Position numbers and translations under genes: made by a program
Shown: positions 19,761 to 28,754 of the stretch, in pieces
How positions within the stretch are numbered: the stretch's first letter is position 1
How the letters are laid out: each line of letters opens with the position of its first letter
Notes under the pieces: model-generated
Database searches by the model: none
Told to the model about the DNA's origin: nothing
The model's input: only the letters and a program-made list of their open reading frames with translations
NCBI GenBank assembly: GCA_050633305.1
Contig: JBOEGF010000010.1
Location: 576,001 to 640,000, forward strand
Direction of reading: 5' to 3'
Length of the DNA stretch: 64,000 nucleotides
DNA from: Nannocystales bacterium
Lineage (GTDB): Bacteria > Myxococcota_A > Polyangia > Nannocystales > Nannocystaceae

Positions 19761-20654
19761 TCATGGAGGCGCCTCCAGACGAACTTGCCCGACGGCGCCG
19801 ATGCGGAGGCTCTCGCGCTGCTGTGCGCTTGGGGTGAGGGTGGCCTCTGCGATCACGAGACGGGTCCCAGGGTCGATCTCCGGTGCGATGGAGCGAACAG
19901 AACCGCGCAGCTCTACCGTAGTTGAACTCGCTGGCCGCTCGAAGAGAACGGTGACGGGCGCCGCGAGGCGCAGGGTGCCGACGCGTGCTTCGGGCACGGC
20001 AAAACGAACGCACCAATCGCTCGAGATCAGTTGAACGACGGGCTCCCCTGCGTCCAGAGTCGACCCTGCGTCGACGTAACGCTTGGCAATCCGGCCCGCA
20101 AACGGGGCGCGTAGCTCCGCCTCCTCGAGTCGGGCCGAGGCTTCGTTCATGTTGTTTCGGCGCTCGGACACGGAGGCTCCTGCGCTACGGATGCGCGCGC
20201 GTGCGAGCTTCTCCTCGAGTCGTTGGACACGAAGCTCGGCCCCGGGTACGAGACCTTCGAGCTGCTCGCTATCCTCGCGGATGGCTCGGGCCTGCTCGAG
20301 TTCGAGCGCGAAACGCTCGAACTCGGCGCTCGACGACCGCCACGCCGCTTTCGCCGAGACCATTTCGCTTTCGTCCTGGCGGACATCCATCTGGGCCACG
20401 ACATCGCCACGGGCAACGGCATCCCCGACCTGGACATCGATTTGTTGCAGACGGGCGAAGCGGCGGGCGACGAGGACGACGTCCGAAGCTGGGACGAGCA
20501 CGCCGAGCATGGCTGCATCGTGCGCGTCGGGGGCCTCCCGAAGCGTGGCCGTCGCGGGGGTGGTCGGTGCGGTGGTGTCCCGCTCTTTCGCGGGCGCGTC
20601 AGGGGTGCATGCGCAACTGACAAGCAGCACGATGGTCCAGCATCGTAGTCTCAT
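19761..20654 (-). CDS. Efflux RND periplasmic adaptor (MFP) lipoprotein, copy 2
   Basis: Clear paralog of 12557..13453 (GVLVP, VGD.V..GD..AQMDVR, LRAPF.G, PEID.GTRL); ATGA overlap with the ABC gene. Confidence 0.88.
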   Translation of the reverse strand: MRLRCWTIVLLVSCACTPDAPAKERDTTAPTTPATATLREAPDAHDAAMLGVLVPASDVVLVARRFARLQQIDVQVGDAVARGDVVAQMDVRQDESEMVSAKAAWRSSSAEFERFALELEQARAIREDSEQLEGLVPGAELRVQRLEEKLARARIRSAGASVSERRNNMNEASARLEEAELRAPFAGRIAKRYVDAGSTLDAGEPVVQLISSDWCVRFAVPEARVGTLRLAAPVTVLFERPASSTTVELRGSVRSIAPEIDPGTRLVIAEATLTPSAQQRESLRIGAVGQVRLEAPP

Positions 20655-22855
20655 TCGACGTTCCTCTCGTACAGCCGGCGATAGACGGACCCTGTGCGCA
20701 GGAGTTCGCGGTGTGTCCCCATTTCGACGACCTCTCCGCGTTCCATCACCAGGATTAGATCCGCGTTGAGGACAGTGCTCAGTCGGTGGGCGATGACGAC
20801 CCGGGTGCACTCGAGGGCGGCAAGCGAGCGCTCGATGGCGGCCTCGGTCACCGTGTCGAGGTTGCTTGTCGCCTCGTCGAGCAGCAGGGTCGCGGGTTTG
20901 CTGGCCAACGCTCGTGCGAGGGCGATTCGCTGACGTTGCCCACCGGACATCGAGGCGCCTCCGTCGGCCAGAATCGTTTCGTAGCCCATCGGGAGAGCGA
21001 CGATGTCGTCGTGGATCGCTGCGCGTTTGCAGGCGTCCGTGACCGCCTCCAGCGTCAATCCGGGCTGCCCCAGCGCGACGTTTTCCCTCACAGACATCGC
21101 GAAGAGATCCGTACGTTGCGTGACGACGCCGAGTTGTTCTCTGACGCTTCGAAGCTCGAGCCCCGCGAGGTCGATACCGTCGTACAGCACCCGACCTGCA
21201 GTCGGTGGGTATAGTCCGACCAGCAGCTTGGCCAGCGTGCTCTTTCCGGCGCCCGAGGCGCCGACGACCGCGACACACTGCCCGGGCTTGATCTCGACCG
21301 ACACCTCTCTCACCGCCATCGGCGTCGCCTCGCTGTACCGGTACGAGACATACTCGGCCTTGATGGCCCCGGTCAGTCTCGGCGCCCGAGTGACCTTCGC
21401 CGGGTCTTGCTCGGTCTCGGTCTGCATCACGTCCTCGATCCGCTCGAGGTACGAACCCAGCAACTGGAACTTGAAACTCACCCGGACCAGCGCACCCAGG
21501 GGGGTGAGGAACGCCGCGCCCAACGCAGAGACGCCCAGCATCACGCCGAGGGTCAAGCCCCCGTCGAATACCATTTTGGCGCCTGTGCCAAGGATGATCA
21601 GCGGGGCTGCCATGCCGAACGTGCTCAACAATGAGTTGACCACAGCATCCAGTCGTCCACGCCGCAGTGAGACGTTGAGACTATCGATGAAGAGGTTGGA
21701 CCACCGTGCAACCGCTCGAGATTCGGCGCCGATGCACTTGAGCGTCTCGATGCCCGTGAGCATCTCGACCTCGTAGCCCGACGTCTTTGCCTGGCAGGCC
21801 AGGCTCTCGCTCATCAGCTCGCGTTGGAGGCGGCGGGTTGCCCAGTACAGCGAGACCTGGACGGCCGCCAGGGCGACAACGACTGTCGCCATCGGTGGGC
21901 ATGCCCAGAACAGCAGGCCCAGATAGAGGGTGACGAGGGCCCCGTCGAGCACGGCCGACATTGCGCCTGATGTGAGGATCTCGCGGACGGTGGCATTGCT
22001 GCCCAATCGCAGCAGCAAGTCGCCGGCCGAGCGCCGTTGAAAGAATGAGAACGGGAGGTCGATCAGGTGGTCGAGAAAGCCCACCGTCATTCTTGCGTCG
22101 AGTAGGGCGCGGAGCTGCAGGAGCAGGTTGGCCCGAACGAGTGCGCTGACGAAGTTGAAAGCGACCATCAGGGTCAAGCCCACGGCCAGCACGGAAAGAA
22201 GGTCGGTGTCGCGCCGTGGAAGGATGCGGTCGACGAGCAAGGTCGTCATGAGCGGCAAAGCCAGCGCAAGGACCTGGAGGAGCAACGACATCATGACGGA
22301 GCGGCCCCACAGGTCGGGATAGGCCTTGAGGTGCGCGAAGTACCGTTGCAGGAGAGGGCGCCGGCGCACACCGGGCTCGAAGGTCTCTCCGGGCTCGAGC
22401 AACAGCGCCACCCCCGTGAACGCTCCGTCGAACTCCGCTCGGGAGACTCGGCGTTGGCCGTGGGCGGGATCGAGGATGGTCACGTCACCCCGCCGGCCGA
22501 CCCGTTCGAAGACGACGAAGTGGTTGAAGTCCCAGTGCAGGATTGTCCCGGCGGGGATCAGATCGAGCTCTTCGAGGCGTTCGAGCTGCACGCCTCGCCC
22601 GCGCAGGCCGTAGCGGCGAGCAGCTGCGAGGATCCCTTGCGCACTCACGCCGTTTTGGTCGGCTCCGGTTGAGTCGCGGACTTCGTCGAGCGGAGTCTCG
22701 CGTCCGTAGTAGCGTAGGACCATCGCGAGGCAGGCGGCGCCGCAGTCCGTGGCCGTCAGCTGCTGCACGCGCTCCAGCCGACGCTTGGATGAACGCCCGA
22801 GTCGGTTCAGGGCGGGAAAGCGGGACGCGAGCGCATGTTCGGGGGCGGAGTTCAT
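20651..22855 (-). CDS. lanT: C39 peptidase-containing ABC transporter (LanT-like), copy 2
   Basis: QQLTATDCGAACL, HWDFNHFVV, ILDPAHG, GASGAGKST, SGGQRQR, LLLDEATS; start MNSAPE at 22855 overlaps the HlyD stop. Confidence 0.95.
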   Translation of the reverse strand: MNSAPEHALASRFPALNRLGRSSKRRLERVQQLTATDCGAACLAMVLRYYGRETPLDEVRDSTGADQNGVSAQGILAAARRYGLRGRGVQLERLEELDLIPAGTILHWDFNHFVVFERVGRRGDVTILDPAHGQRRVSRAEFDGAFTGVALLLEPGETFEPGVRRRPLLQRYFAHLKAYPDLWGRSVMMSLLLQVLALALPLMTTLLVDRILPRRDTDLLSVLAVGLTLMVAFNFVSALVRANLLLQLRALLDARMTVGFLDHLIDLPFSFFQRRSAGDLLLRLGSNATVREILTSGAMSAVLDGALVTLYLGLLFWACPPMATVVVALAAVQVSLYWATRRLQRELMSESLACQAKTSGYEVEMLTGIETLKCIGAESRAVARWSNLFIDSLNVSLRRGRLDAVVNSLLSTFGMAAPLIILGTGAKMVFDGGLTLGVMLGVSALGAAFLTPLGALVRVSFKFQLLGSYLERIEDVMQTETEQDPAKVTRAPRLTGAIKAEYVSYRYSEATPMAVREVSVEIKPGQCVAVVGASGAGKSTLAKLLVGLYPPTAGRVLYDGIDLAGLELRSVREQLGVVTQRTDLFAMSVRENVALGQPGLTLEAVTDACKRAAIHDDIVALPMGYETILADGGASMSGGQRQRIALARALASKPATLLLDEATSNLDTVTEAAIERSLAALECTRVVIAHRLSTVLNADLILVMERGEVVEMGTHRELLRTGSVYRRLYERNVE

Positions 22856-23787
22856 CGATCCTCGAATCTGGGCAGGAGGGTCTCCAGGAGCGTCTCGGAG
22901 CGCAGCTTGGCTTCGAGTGTCCCTTGCATGCCGTCGTAGAGTTCGTAGTAGGTGTTGTCGGCGGCGAAGGTGCGGGTGAGCATCTCGGTCTCGACCACGA
23001 CGACCGGACCTCGCAGATCCATCGCCCCTTCGCGGTCGGGGCCGAGGTAGCGCATTGCCTCTGTGGGGCCCACGACCTCGTCCGCAATCGAGCGCACTCT
23101 GACCGCATGACGCTCCTCGGGGAAGCCCTCGAGTTCCAAGAATAGGGTGCTTTCGTCGGCGCTCAACAGGGGGCGGGTTCGCCCAGGGAAGAGCCCGATG
23201 ATCACCGTACGAGAATCGTCGTCGTCGAGAGACACGATGGCGTTGCCGGGGGCCACCGCTTGGCCCGGACGCACGCGGACGTCGGAGACACGCCCTGCCC
23301 GAGGCGCACGCACCGAGCGCTCGTTCAGCTTGGCGCGTGCAAGCTGGAGTCGAGTGTCGACCGCCGCGAGTCGCTCGTTTCGGGCACCGTCCGAGGGGTC
23401 GCGTAGCAACTCGACCAGGCGCTGCTGGTGCTCTCGGTCGACACGGCCCAGCTCGGCGACCTGCGTAGCGTTGTCCAACGTTGCCAAAACCTCGCCTTCG
23501 TGGACCCACTGCCCAGGTCGAACATCGATGCTCTGTATCGTCCCCGCGACGGCCGAGCTGACCACGCTACGTCCCTCGCGACGGACCACCGCGATGCCCT
23601 GAGCGTACTCACCCACCTGAGCGGTCGCGGCGAAACCAAGCCCCGCCAGGACCGCGAGCACCGACACCCGTGTCGCCCACCGGGCCCACGACGAGGCGAT
23701 GTTGAGTGGTCGCCCCGAACGCGCTCCCCGGCGGTGCGCCTCCAGGGCCGCGTTGCGGAATCGAGGGCCTCGGCCGTGGCTGCTCAC
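22852..23787 (-). CDS. HlyD-family secretion adaptor, copy 2
   Basis: Paralog of 15651..16619 (FR..AL.AHR.GAR.GRPL.I, VGEYAQG, YDGMQGTLEAKLRSETLLETL). Confidence 0.88.
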   Translation of the reverse strand: MSSHGRGPRFRNAALEAHRRGARSGRPLNIASSWARWATRVSVLAVLAGLGFAATAQVGEYAQGIAVVRREGRSVVSSAVAGTIQSIDVRPGQWVHEGEVLATLDNATQVAELGRVDREHQQRLVELLRDPSDGARNERLAAVDTRLQLARAKLNERSVRAPRAGRVSDVRVRPGQAVAPGNAIVSLDDDDSRTVIIGLFPGRTRPLLSADESTLFLELEGFPEERHAVRVRSIADEVVGPTEAMRYLGPDREGAMDLRGPVVVVETEMLTRTFAADNTYYELYDGMQGTLEAKLRSETLLETLLPRFEDR

Positions 23788-23880
23788 GCGGACCTCTTGG
23801 TGTGGGACGAGCGGGGCATGCTTTCCTACTCCCTCCGCGGCGGACGACGGAGTTCTGACGAACCTGATCTGAGAAAGTTG

Positions 23881-24981
23881 CTACCAGACCAAGTCGGGCA
23901 TGAAATCCTCATGGACGAGTGTCAACACGCGGTGGGCCCCGCTACCGGGCCGTAGGTGCTTGGCAAGGTCGCAGGCGAGCTGGGGCAGGGCCGCTCGGAG
24001 GCTTTGGGCCCGTGTGCGGCAGTTGTCCTGCTCTTGGGTCGTGAGGGCGTCGGTACGGAGCAGTGCCTGGTGTAGCTGGATCACGCAGCGGTAGATCACC
24101 AGCGCCTGGAGCATCGTCACCAGGGGTCGCATCTGGCCGGAAATGGGGGAGCGCAGGCTCGGTCCCCACCGCGGTAGGCCACACGGCGGGCAGAGTTCCC
24201 ACCAGAGCCACATGCGCTGGTGCAGATACTCGTGCAACAGCCCCTCGCACAAGGCAGGCACTCCAACGGAGAAGGGATTGACGAAGACCGCTCCGGGCAG
24301 GCGTAGGCGCAGGTTGAAACTCCAGTGCGCTTGGGGCAGAGGCTGCCCTTGTTCGTGGGGAACGGGGGGCAGCAGTGCGGTTGTGGTGATGGTGCGCTCA
24401 AAGTCGGCGAACACCACCTGGTCGACTCGGGACAGCAGAGCCCGTGCTCGCTCGTATTGCCGCAGGGCGTGCGCCGAGCAACCCGGCTTGGCCGACATTG
24501 CGTACACCGGAGGAAACGGAAGGTCTGCGAACAGCCCGGGGATGGGGAAATACACAACGTGTCCCCCGGCGGACCTGCGATGGGCATCGAGGGCGATGAC
24601 CTCCCCGCCGCGGCGCTCGACCACACCGTGGCCCAGGTGGGGCAGGCGGTAGATTCCGCTCTCAATGCCCGGGCCACTGGGGGATACGCCTCCGCTCAGC
24701 ACGTCGAGTCGATGCAGCAGTTGAGTTGCCGTATCCAGGTCGGGGCACCGATCGCCCAGACAGACGAGGGGCGCATGGATTTCGGGGGAGTTCCCCAACG
24801 CCCGACTCAGGTCCCCAAGGCGTGCCTCGAGCGCGTCGAGCTGCGTGTCCAGGGCCCGCAGGGAGGCGTTCTTACGGCGACTGTTGCGAAGCAACCGCCG
24901 CGGCAGGCTCGAGCGGGCCTGTAGCTGCTGCTCGGCGTTGATCGGGGCCAGGACATCGATCAAGGATTGGACGCGGAACAC
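23881..24981 (-). CDS. HExxH-motif peptide-modifying protein (aKG-HExxH dioxygenase-like)
   Basis: PGAVFV...LCEGLLHEYLHQRM...LRSPISGQMRPLVTMLQA resembles the HExxH...SPWR.D.RPL..LL(H/Q) pattern; GGAGGT RBS 7 nt before GTG 24981. Confidence 0.75.
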   Translation of the reverse strand: MFRVQSLIDVLAPINAEQQLQARSSLPRRLLRNSRRKNASLRALDTQLDALEARLGDLSRALGNSPEIHAPLVCLGDRCPDLDTATQLLHRLDVLSGGVSPSGPGIESGIYRLPHLGHGVVERRGGEVIALDAHRRSAGGHVVYFPIPGLFADLPFPPVYAMSAKPGCSAHALRQYERARALLSRVDQVVFADFERTITTTALLPPVPHEQGQPLPQAHWSFNLRLRLPGAVFVNPFSVGVPALCEGLLHEYLHQRMWLWWELCPPCGLPRWGPSLRSPISGQMRPLVTMLQALVIYRCVIQLHQALLRTDALTTQEQDNCRTRAQSLRAALPQLACDLAKHLRPGSGAHRVLTLVHEDFMPDLVW

Positions 24982-27632
24982 GTCGCCGACCTCCAGGCGG
25001 TGGTTCGGCCGGCCTCCTGGGGGACGTGGCGCCATCTCTCCAGAAGGTTGCGGGCGAACAGGAGCGCCCAGGCTTCCTCGGCGCGGTTGTGACGGAAGTG
25101 CAACCGTGTGCCGGTCATGTGGACGACCGATCTCAGGTGCTTGCACAAGCGAAGGCGATTGTCCTGCCCAAGCCACGCGCTCAGGTGGTGGGCGCGTTGT
25201 ACGAGCGCAGCGTGCATGGTCTCGTCACCGTCTCCAACTGCCGTGCTCACCAAGGCCCGACGGCGAGCTCTCCACATGTTTCCGACCGCGCGGCGGTCAT
25301 CGGTCGAGTAGCCGAACTCCGCGCAAAATGAGTCGAAAGCACGGCGGCAGAAGGCGTGCTGCGCATCGGGGGAGAGTCCCGCGTAGTCCAAGGTCTGAAG
25401 GATCGCAAGCGCGTACAAGTTGGTGCGCCGGTCGTCCATCAGCGGAAGGCCACTGCAAGCGTCGTAGAGGCTGGCCGAGTCCGCGACGAACAGCGCCTCG
25501 ACCGCCTCGATGTCCGCGGCACCGCCGTAGCGGTCCCACTCACGCACGTAGGGTTCGACCGCAAAGTGCCGAACGATTCGTTGGTCGAGCATGACGTCGA
25601 GCCGCTCCATGAGAGCGTGCATGACCGCGGGCTGCCCCGCAGGGATGCGTAGGCGTAGCTCGCTCTCGACCTCATCGGAGAGGAACACGTAGAAGAACTG
25701 GACCTCGCCGAGGCTCTCGCGAAGCTCGCGAAGGACTGTGGGCATGCGCTCCGACAGCGCGCTTACTCGAAGGGTTCGGTACGGGCCGAGCAGGGCACCG
25801 GGGGCAGGACGAGGAACTTTGGGGACCCGCAGCCGCTTGGCCACGGACCCGAACGTGACGGGGAGCAGGGCGTGGGCAGCGTGGCCCCGACCGTCAATGA
25901 CAAGGTCTACGGAGGGCAGCCGCTCGGAGACCGCGAGGCGCTGCTGCCGACGAAGCCGCTTGAAGAGGTCTCGTCGTGCCGCGCAGTCGACAGCGGGGTC
26001 AAGGGGCAGCGCGCCACTGCTCGAGTCTACGGTGACCTCGCAGTCGGCCAACCCGACCCGTTCCAGCCATGTCGGCAGCGTGTCTTCGGTGAGCTCCGCT
26101 GGTACGGGGGCCCGACGTCGACACAACACGTGCCCACCGTAGGTGATACGTGGCCGAACCGGGAGTCCCTTGAACGCTACGTCGAGAAGACTGCGACCCG
26201 GGCGTTCTGCGGTTGCAGCTCGAGACAGAAGACGAACCAGTGGGTGCAGTGCCCGGTTGGAGTCGTCGTACGGCACTGGCCGCACGATCCTCAGCTGGCG
26301 TTGCTCCTCACGGGTGCGCACCAGCAGCCTATCCCCGGTCGCGCTGACTTCGAGGTCCTCGAGACGAAGGGTCCGTTGTGAGTCGCTGGCTCGGCCGCAG
26401 TATTCCAGCGCGAGAACCCCTGGGACACGGACGTCTGCGATCTTGTCGAGTACGCCCGGACCTCGGTACGCGAGCATGACCGTCTCGGTCCCTTCCTCGT
26501 CCAACCCTGGCAGGCGCTCCGCGAGCCCCGGCAAGTCGTAGCGGCCGATCAGCTCCCGCGGGTGGGCGGAGAACAAGGCCGGGCCCACCAGGCGACCGTC
26601 GGCACTCCATCGAGTGCCGAGCAACATGACGCCCGACCACGACGATGCGGGCAAGGGGGCGTCGGTGAGGTCGATGGACGACTCGAACGCACGAGCTCGC
26701 AGCCAACGCACGAATGGCTCGTCTGCAGCGGCGACCTCGAACTCGGGGTTGTCCGCTCGCTCCAGCAGACCTTCAGCCATCCGCTCGAGTTCAGGCATGG
26801 GGAGCCACCGCCCGTCGAGGCGCTTGTCGAGCAGGCGCTGGAGGACTGGGGGCTCGGACCGTGTGCACCGCAGCAGCACCTCCGCTACCTCCTGCACATC
26901 AGCGAGGGCTGCGGGCATGCGTACCGGCCGGGCGAAGGTGGCGAACGCGTTGGTCGGCGTCTCGGTTGCATCTTGACGGGCGGTGACCTCTGCGACGGCC
27001 TCGCCGAGCGACTCTACGTTCGGCCTGGCCTCGTCGTTCCACAGTGAGCATGCACCTGGGGGCTCGAGGACCCCCATGTCGAGAAGTCGGTCGAGTAGAG
27101 CGCGAACACGATCAGCTGGAATCCCTTCTGTTTGCAGGCAAGTTTCCCACTCGATGCGAGTCCCGCCGCGCTGGCGCAGCAATGCCTCGCGAAGGCCCTT
27201 CGGTAGGCCCAGCCGTTTGGCATGGAACACGTCCGCGGCGACGTCGCGTTGGTAGACGGTGACGGCATCCGCGTGGAACACCGCGCTGGTGGAGACCGCC
27301 AGGGTTTCGGGATGCTTGCCGGGCAGCCGGGCCCCGAGCGGGTGACTGCGCTGCACTCGAACGTCGCTCAGCGACGGTTCGCCTCCGGCGGGTGTCGCGA
27401 TCGCGGCCGCGGCGAACAGGCTGCGAGGGATCGAGCGTGAGCGGGCACGGGCTTCGTACAGCGCCCGAACTGCCGGAAGCTCGCCGCGCTGGATCTGGGC
27501 GGGAAGGTCAGGGTTGGACGACGCGACCGCAATCGCCGCGAGGAACCGTTGTCGTTCGTCCTCGGGCGCGCCATCCCACGAGAAGTCGCTCGGGAACAGG
27601 GACGTTCGCAATACACACCAGTCGACGCTCAT
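24960..27632 (-). CDS. lanB: LanB-like lanthipeptide dehydratase with C-terminal elimination domain (divergent, about 890 aa)
   Basis: LRTSLFP, FLAAIAVASS, YEARARSRSIPRSLFA, IGRY, LEDLEV, PRITYG; ELRLRI, YVREWDRYGG, EALFVADS, SVVHMTGTRL; ATG overlaps the lanC stop. Confidence 0.8.
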   Translation of the reverse strand: MSVDWCVLRTSLFPSDFSWDGAPEDERQRFLAAIAVASSNPDLPAQIQRGELPAVRALYEARARSRSIPRSLFAAAAIATPAGGEPSLSDVRVQRSHPLGARLPGKHPETLAVSTSAVFHADAVTVYQRDVAADVFHAKRLGLPKGLREALLRQRGGTRIEWETCLQTEGIPADRVRALLDRLLDMGVLEPPGACSLWNDEARPNVESLGEAVAEVTARQDATETPTNAFATFARPVRMPAALADVQEVAEVLLRCTRSEPPVLQRLLDKRLDGRWLPMPELERMAEGLLERADNPEFEVAAADEPFVRWLRARAFESSIDLTDAPLPASSWSGVMLLGTRWSADGRLVGPALFSAHPRELIGRYDLPGLAERLPGLDEEGTETVMLAYRGPGVLDKIADVRVPGVLALEYCGRASDSQRTLRLEDLEVSATGDRLLVRTREEQRQLRIVRPVPYDDSNRALHPLVRLLSRAATAERPGRSLLDVAFKGLPVRPRITYGGHVLCRRRAPVPAELTEDTLPTWLERVGLADCEVTVDSSSGALPLDPAVDCAARRDLFKRLRRQQRLAVSERLPSVDLVIDGRGHAAHALLPVTFGSVAKRLRVPKVPRPAPGALLGPYRTLRVSALSERMPTVLRELRESLGEVQFFYVFLSDEVESELRLRIPAGQPAVMHALMERLDVMLDQRIVRHFAVEPYVREWDRYGGAADIEAVEALFVADSASLYDACSGLPLMDDRRTNLYALAILQTLDYAGLSPDAQHAFCRRAFDSFCAEFGYSTDDRRAVGNMWRARRRALVSTAVGDGDETMHAALVQRAHHLSAWLGQDNRLRLCKHLRSVVHMTGTRLHFRHNRAEEAWALLFARNLLERWRHVPQEAGRTTAWRSATCSASNP

Positions 27633-28690
27633 GATGACCTCTTCGGGTAGGGGGGGGAAGGGGGTTCTCGTGGCCGCAGCGGCGGGGGGAGGAACAGATC
27701 GAGGGCGCGGGAGGAGGGCTCCTCCGCGTGCAGCGCAGGCAAGCAGCTGGGTAGGCCAGACAAGGGCCGCAACATGTCGTGGGCGAGTCGTGACGGCACT
27801 CTCGCCCACAGACGGAGGAGGGTGTCCTCGGCCTCGGTCGCCCGGGGTCGGATCCCCGACCGCAAGAACCGGGAGACCACCATCGCCCGCCCTGCGTGGC
27901 CGCAGCAGAACCCAAGGTTCATCTCGCTCTCGTCGGCACTGGCGGCCAGTGCCTTCTGGGCGATGTCCAAGTACGCATCGCAGTCCAACCGAATGGCTGC
28001 TTCGAGATAGACCAGCGCGTGGCCAACGCTTCCGCTGCAGAGGCTGGAGGCCACCCAGGAGTGGTGGACCGGTTGCCCTTCTCGCACGGGCCAGCGCGCG
28101 CACCCGTCATCCTCGGTTCGCAGCCCTGCCAACCAGTCCAGGCCTCGGCGTACCCGATCTCCTTCGACCGGCGAGGGCTCGTTGAGCAACAGCGCGCGAA
28201 AGAGCAGACCTGCGACACCGTGGGCAAACCCCAGCGGCAAGGCCCGGCCGCTCTTTCGGCCGCGCTCGAAGTGGAGGAACTCTTGGTGAATGAAGTCAGC
28301 CCACCCAGGCGGGTCCGGGGAATCGCTGGCCAAGTACACGGGGCCGTCGTTGGCAAAGGTATCGAAGCCCAGCGCACGTGCCGGCGGTGCGAAGTCCTTG
28401 CCGTCCACGCCGCTGAGGCGTCGTTCGGCCCACCTTCGCCCACGAGTTCCGTACAGGAACGAGCCTCGAACCTCGACTGGGACGTCAGGCTCAGGTGCAT
28501 CCAGACTTCGCCAGCGGACGGCGGCTTGCCTCAGATCGAGAACGCTCGCGCCCGCGGTCTGTTCGAGGCATTGTTGCACGAACAAGAGGCCAGGCCAGCC
28601 GCTGCAGATTGTAGGGCCGCCGATCTCGGCGGTCGTCGCATTGCGACAGCGGTCGAGGACCGCCATGAAGGCGTCGGTACGGAGGTTCAT
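27629..28690 (-). CDS. lanC: LanC-like lanthionine cyclase
   Basis: FLYGTRG, LGFAHGVAG, RWP, LCSGSVG and LGFCCGHAG motifs. Confidence 0.82.
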   Translation of the reverse strand: MNLRTDAFMAVLDRCRNATTAEIGGPTICSGWPGLLFVQQCLEQTAGASVLDLRQAAVRWRSLDAPEPDVPVEVRGSFLYGTRGRRWAERRLSGVDGKDFAPPARALGFDTFANDGPVYLASDSPDPPGWADFIHQEFLHFERGRKSGRALPLGFAHGVAGLLFRALLLNEPSPVEGDRVRRGLDWLAGLRTEDDGCARWPVREGQPVHHSWVASSLCSGSVGHALVYLEAAIRLDCDAYLDIAQKALAASADESEMNLGFCCGHAGRAMVVSRFLRSGIRPRATEAEDTLLRLWARVPSRLAHDMLRPLSGLPSCLPALHAEEPSSRALDLFLPPPLRPREPPSPPYPKRSS

Positions 28691-28706
28691 CGCTTGCTCG
28701 TGAACC

Positions 28707-28744
28707 GGGCCGGTGGCGCAAGGGGGGACCCGCGCCACCGTCCC
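28707..28744 (-). terminator. Stem-loop between the precursor gene and lanC
   Basis: cggtggcgc (28711-28719) pairs perfectly with gcgccaccg (28732-28740), extendable by ggg/ccc. Confidence 0.6.
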
Positions 28745-28754
28745 GAAGGACGTC

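Noticed and set aside
27650..27657. G8 run near the lanC end as a frameshift or phase-variation site
   Set aside because: The current frame ends in an ATGA overlap with lanB, consistent with an intact gene
20651..28103. Long N-terminal extensions in the ORF track (952-aa ABC, 1047-aa LanB, 431-aa HExxH)
   Set aside because: They overlap upstream genes in another frame; internal starts with ATGA coupling or a clear RBS fit better
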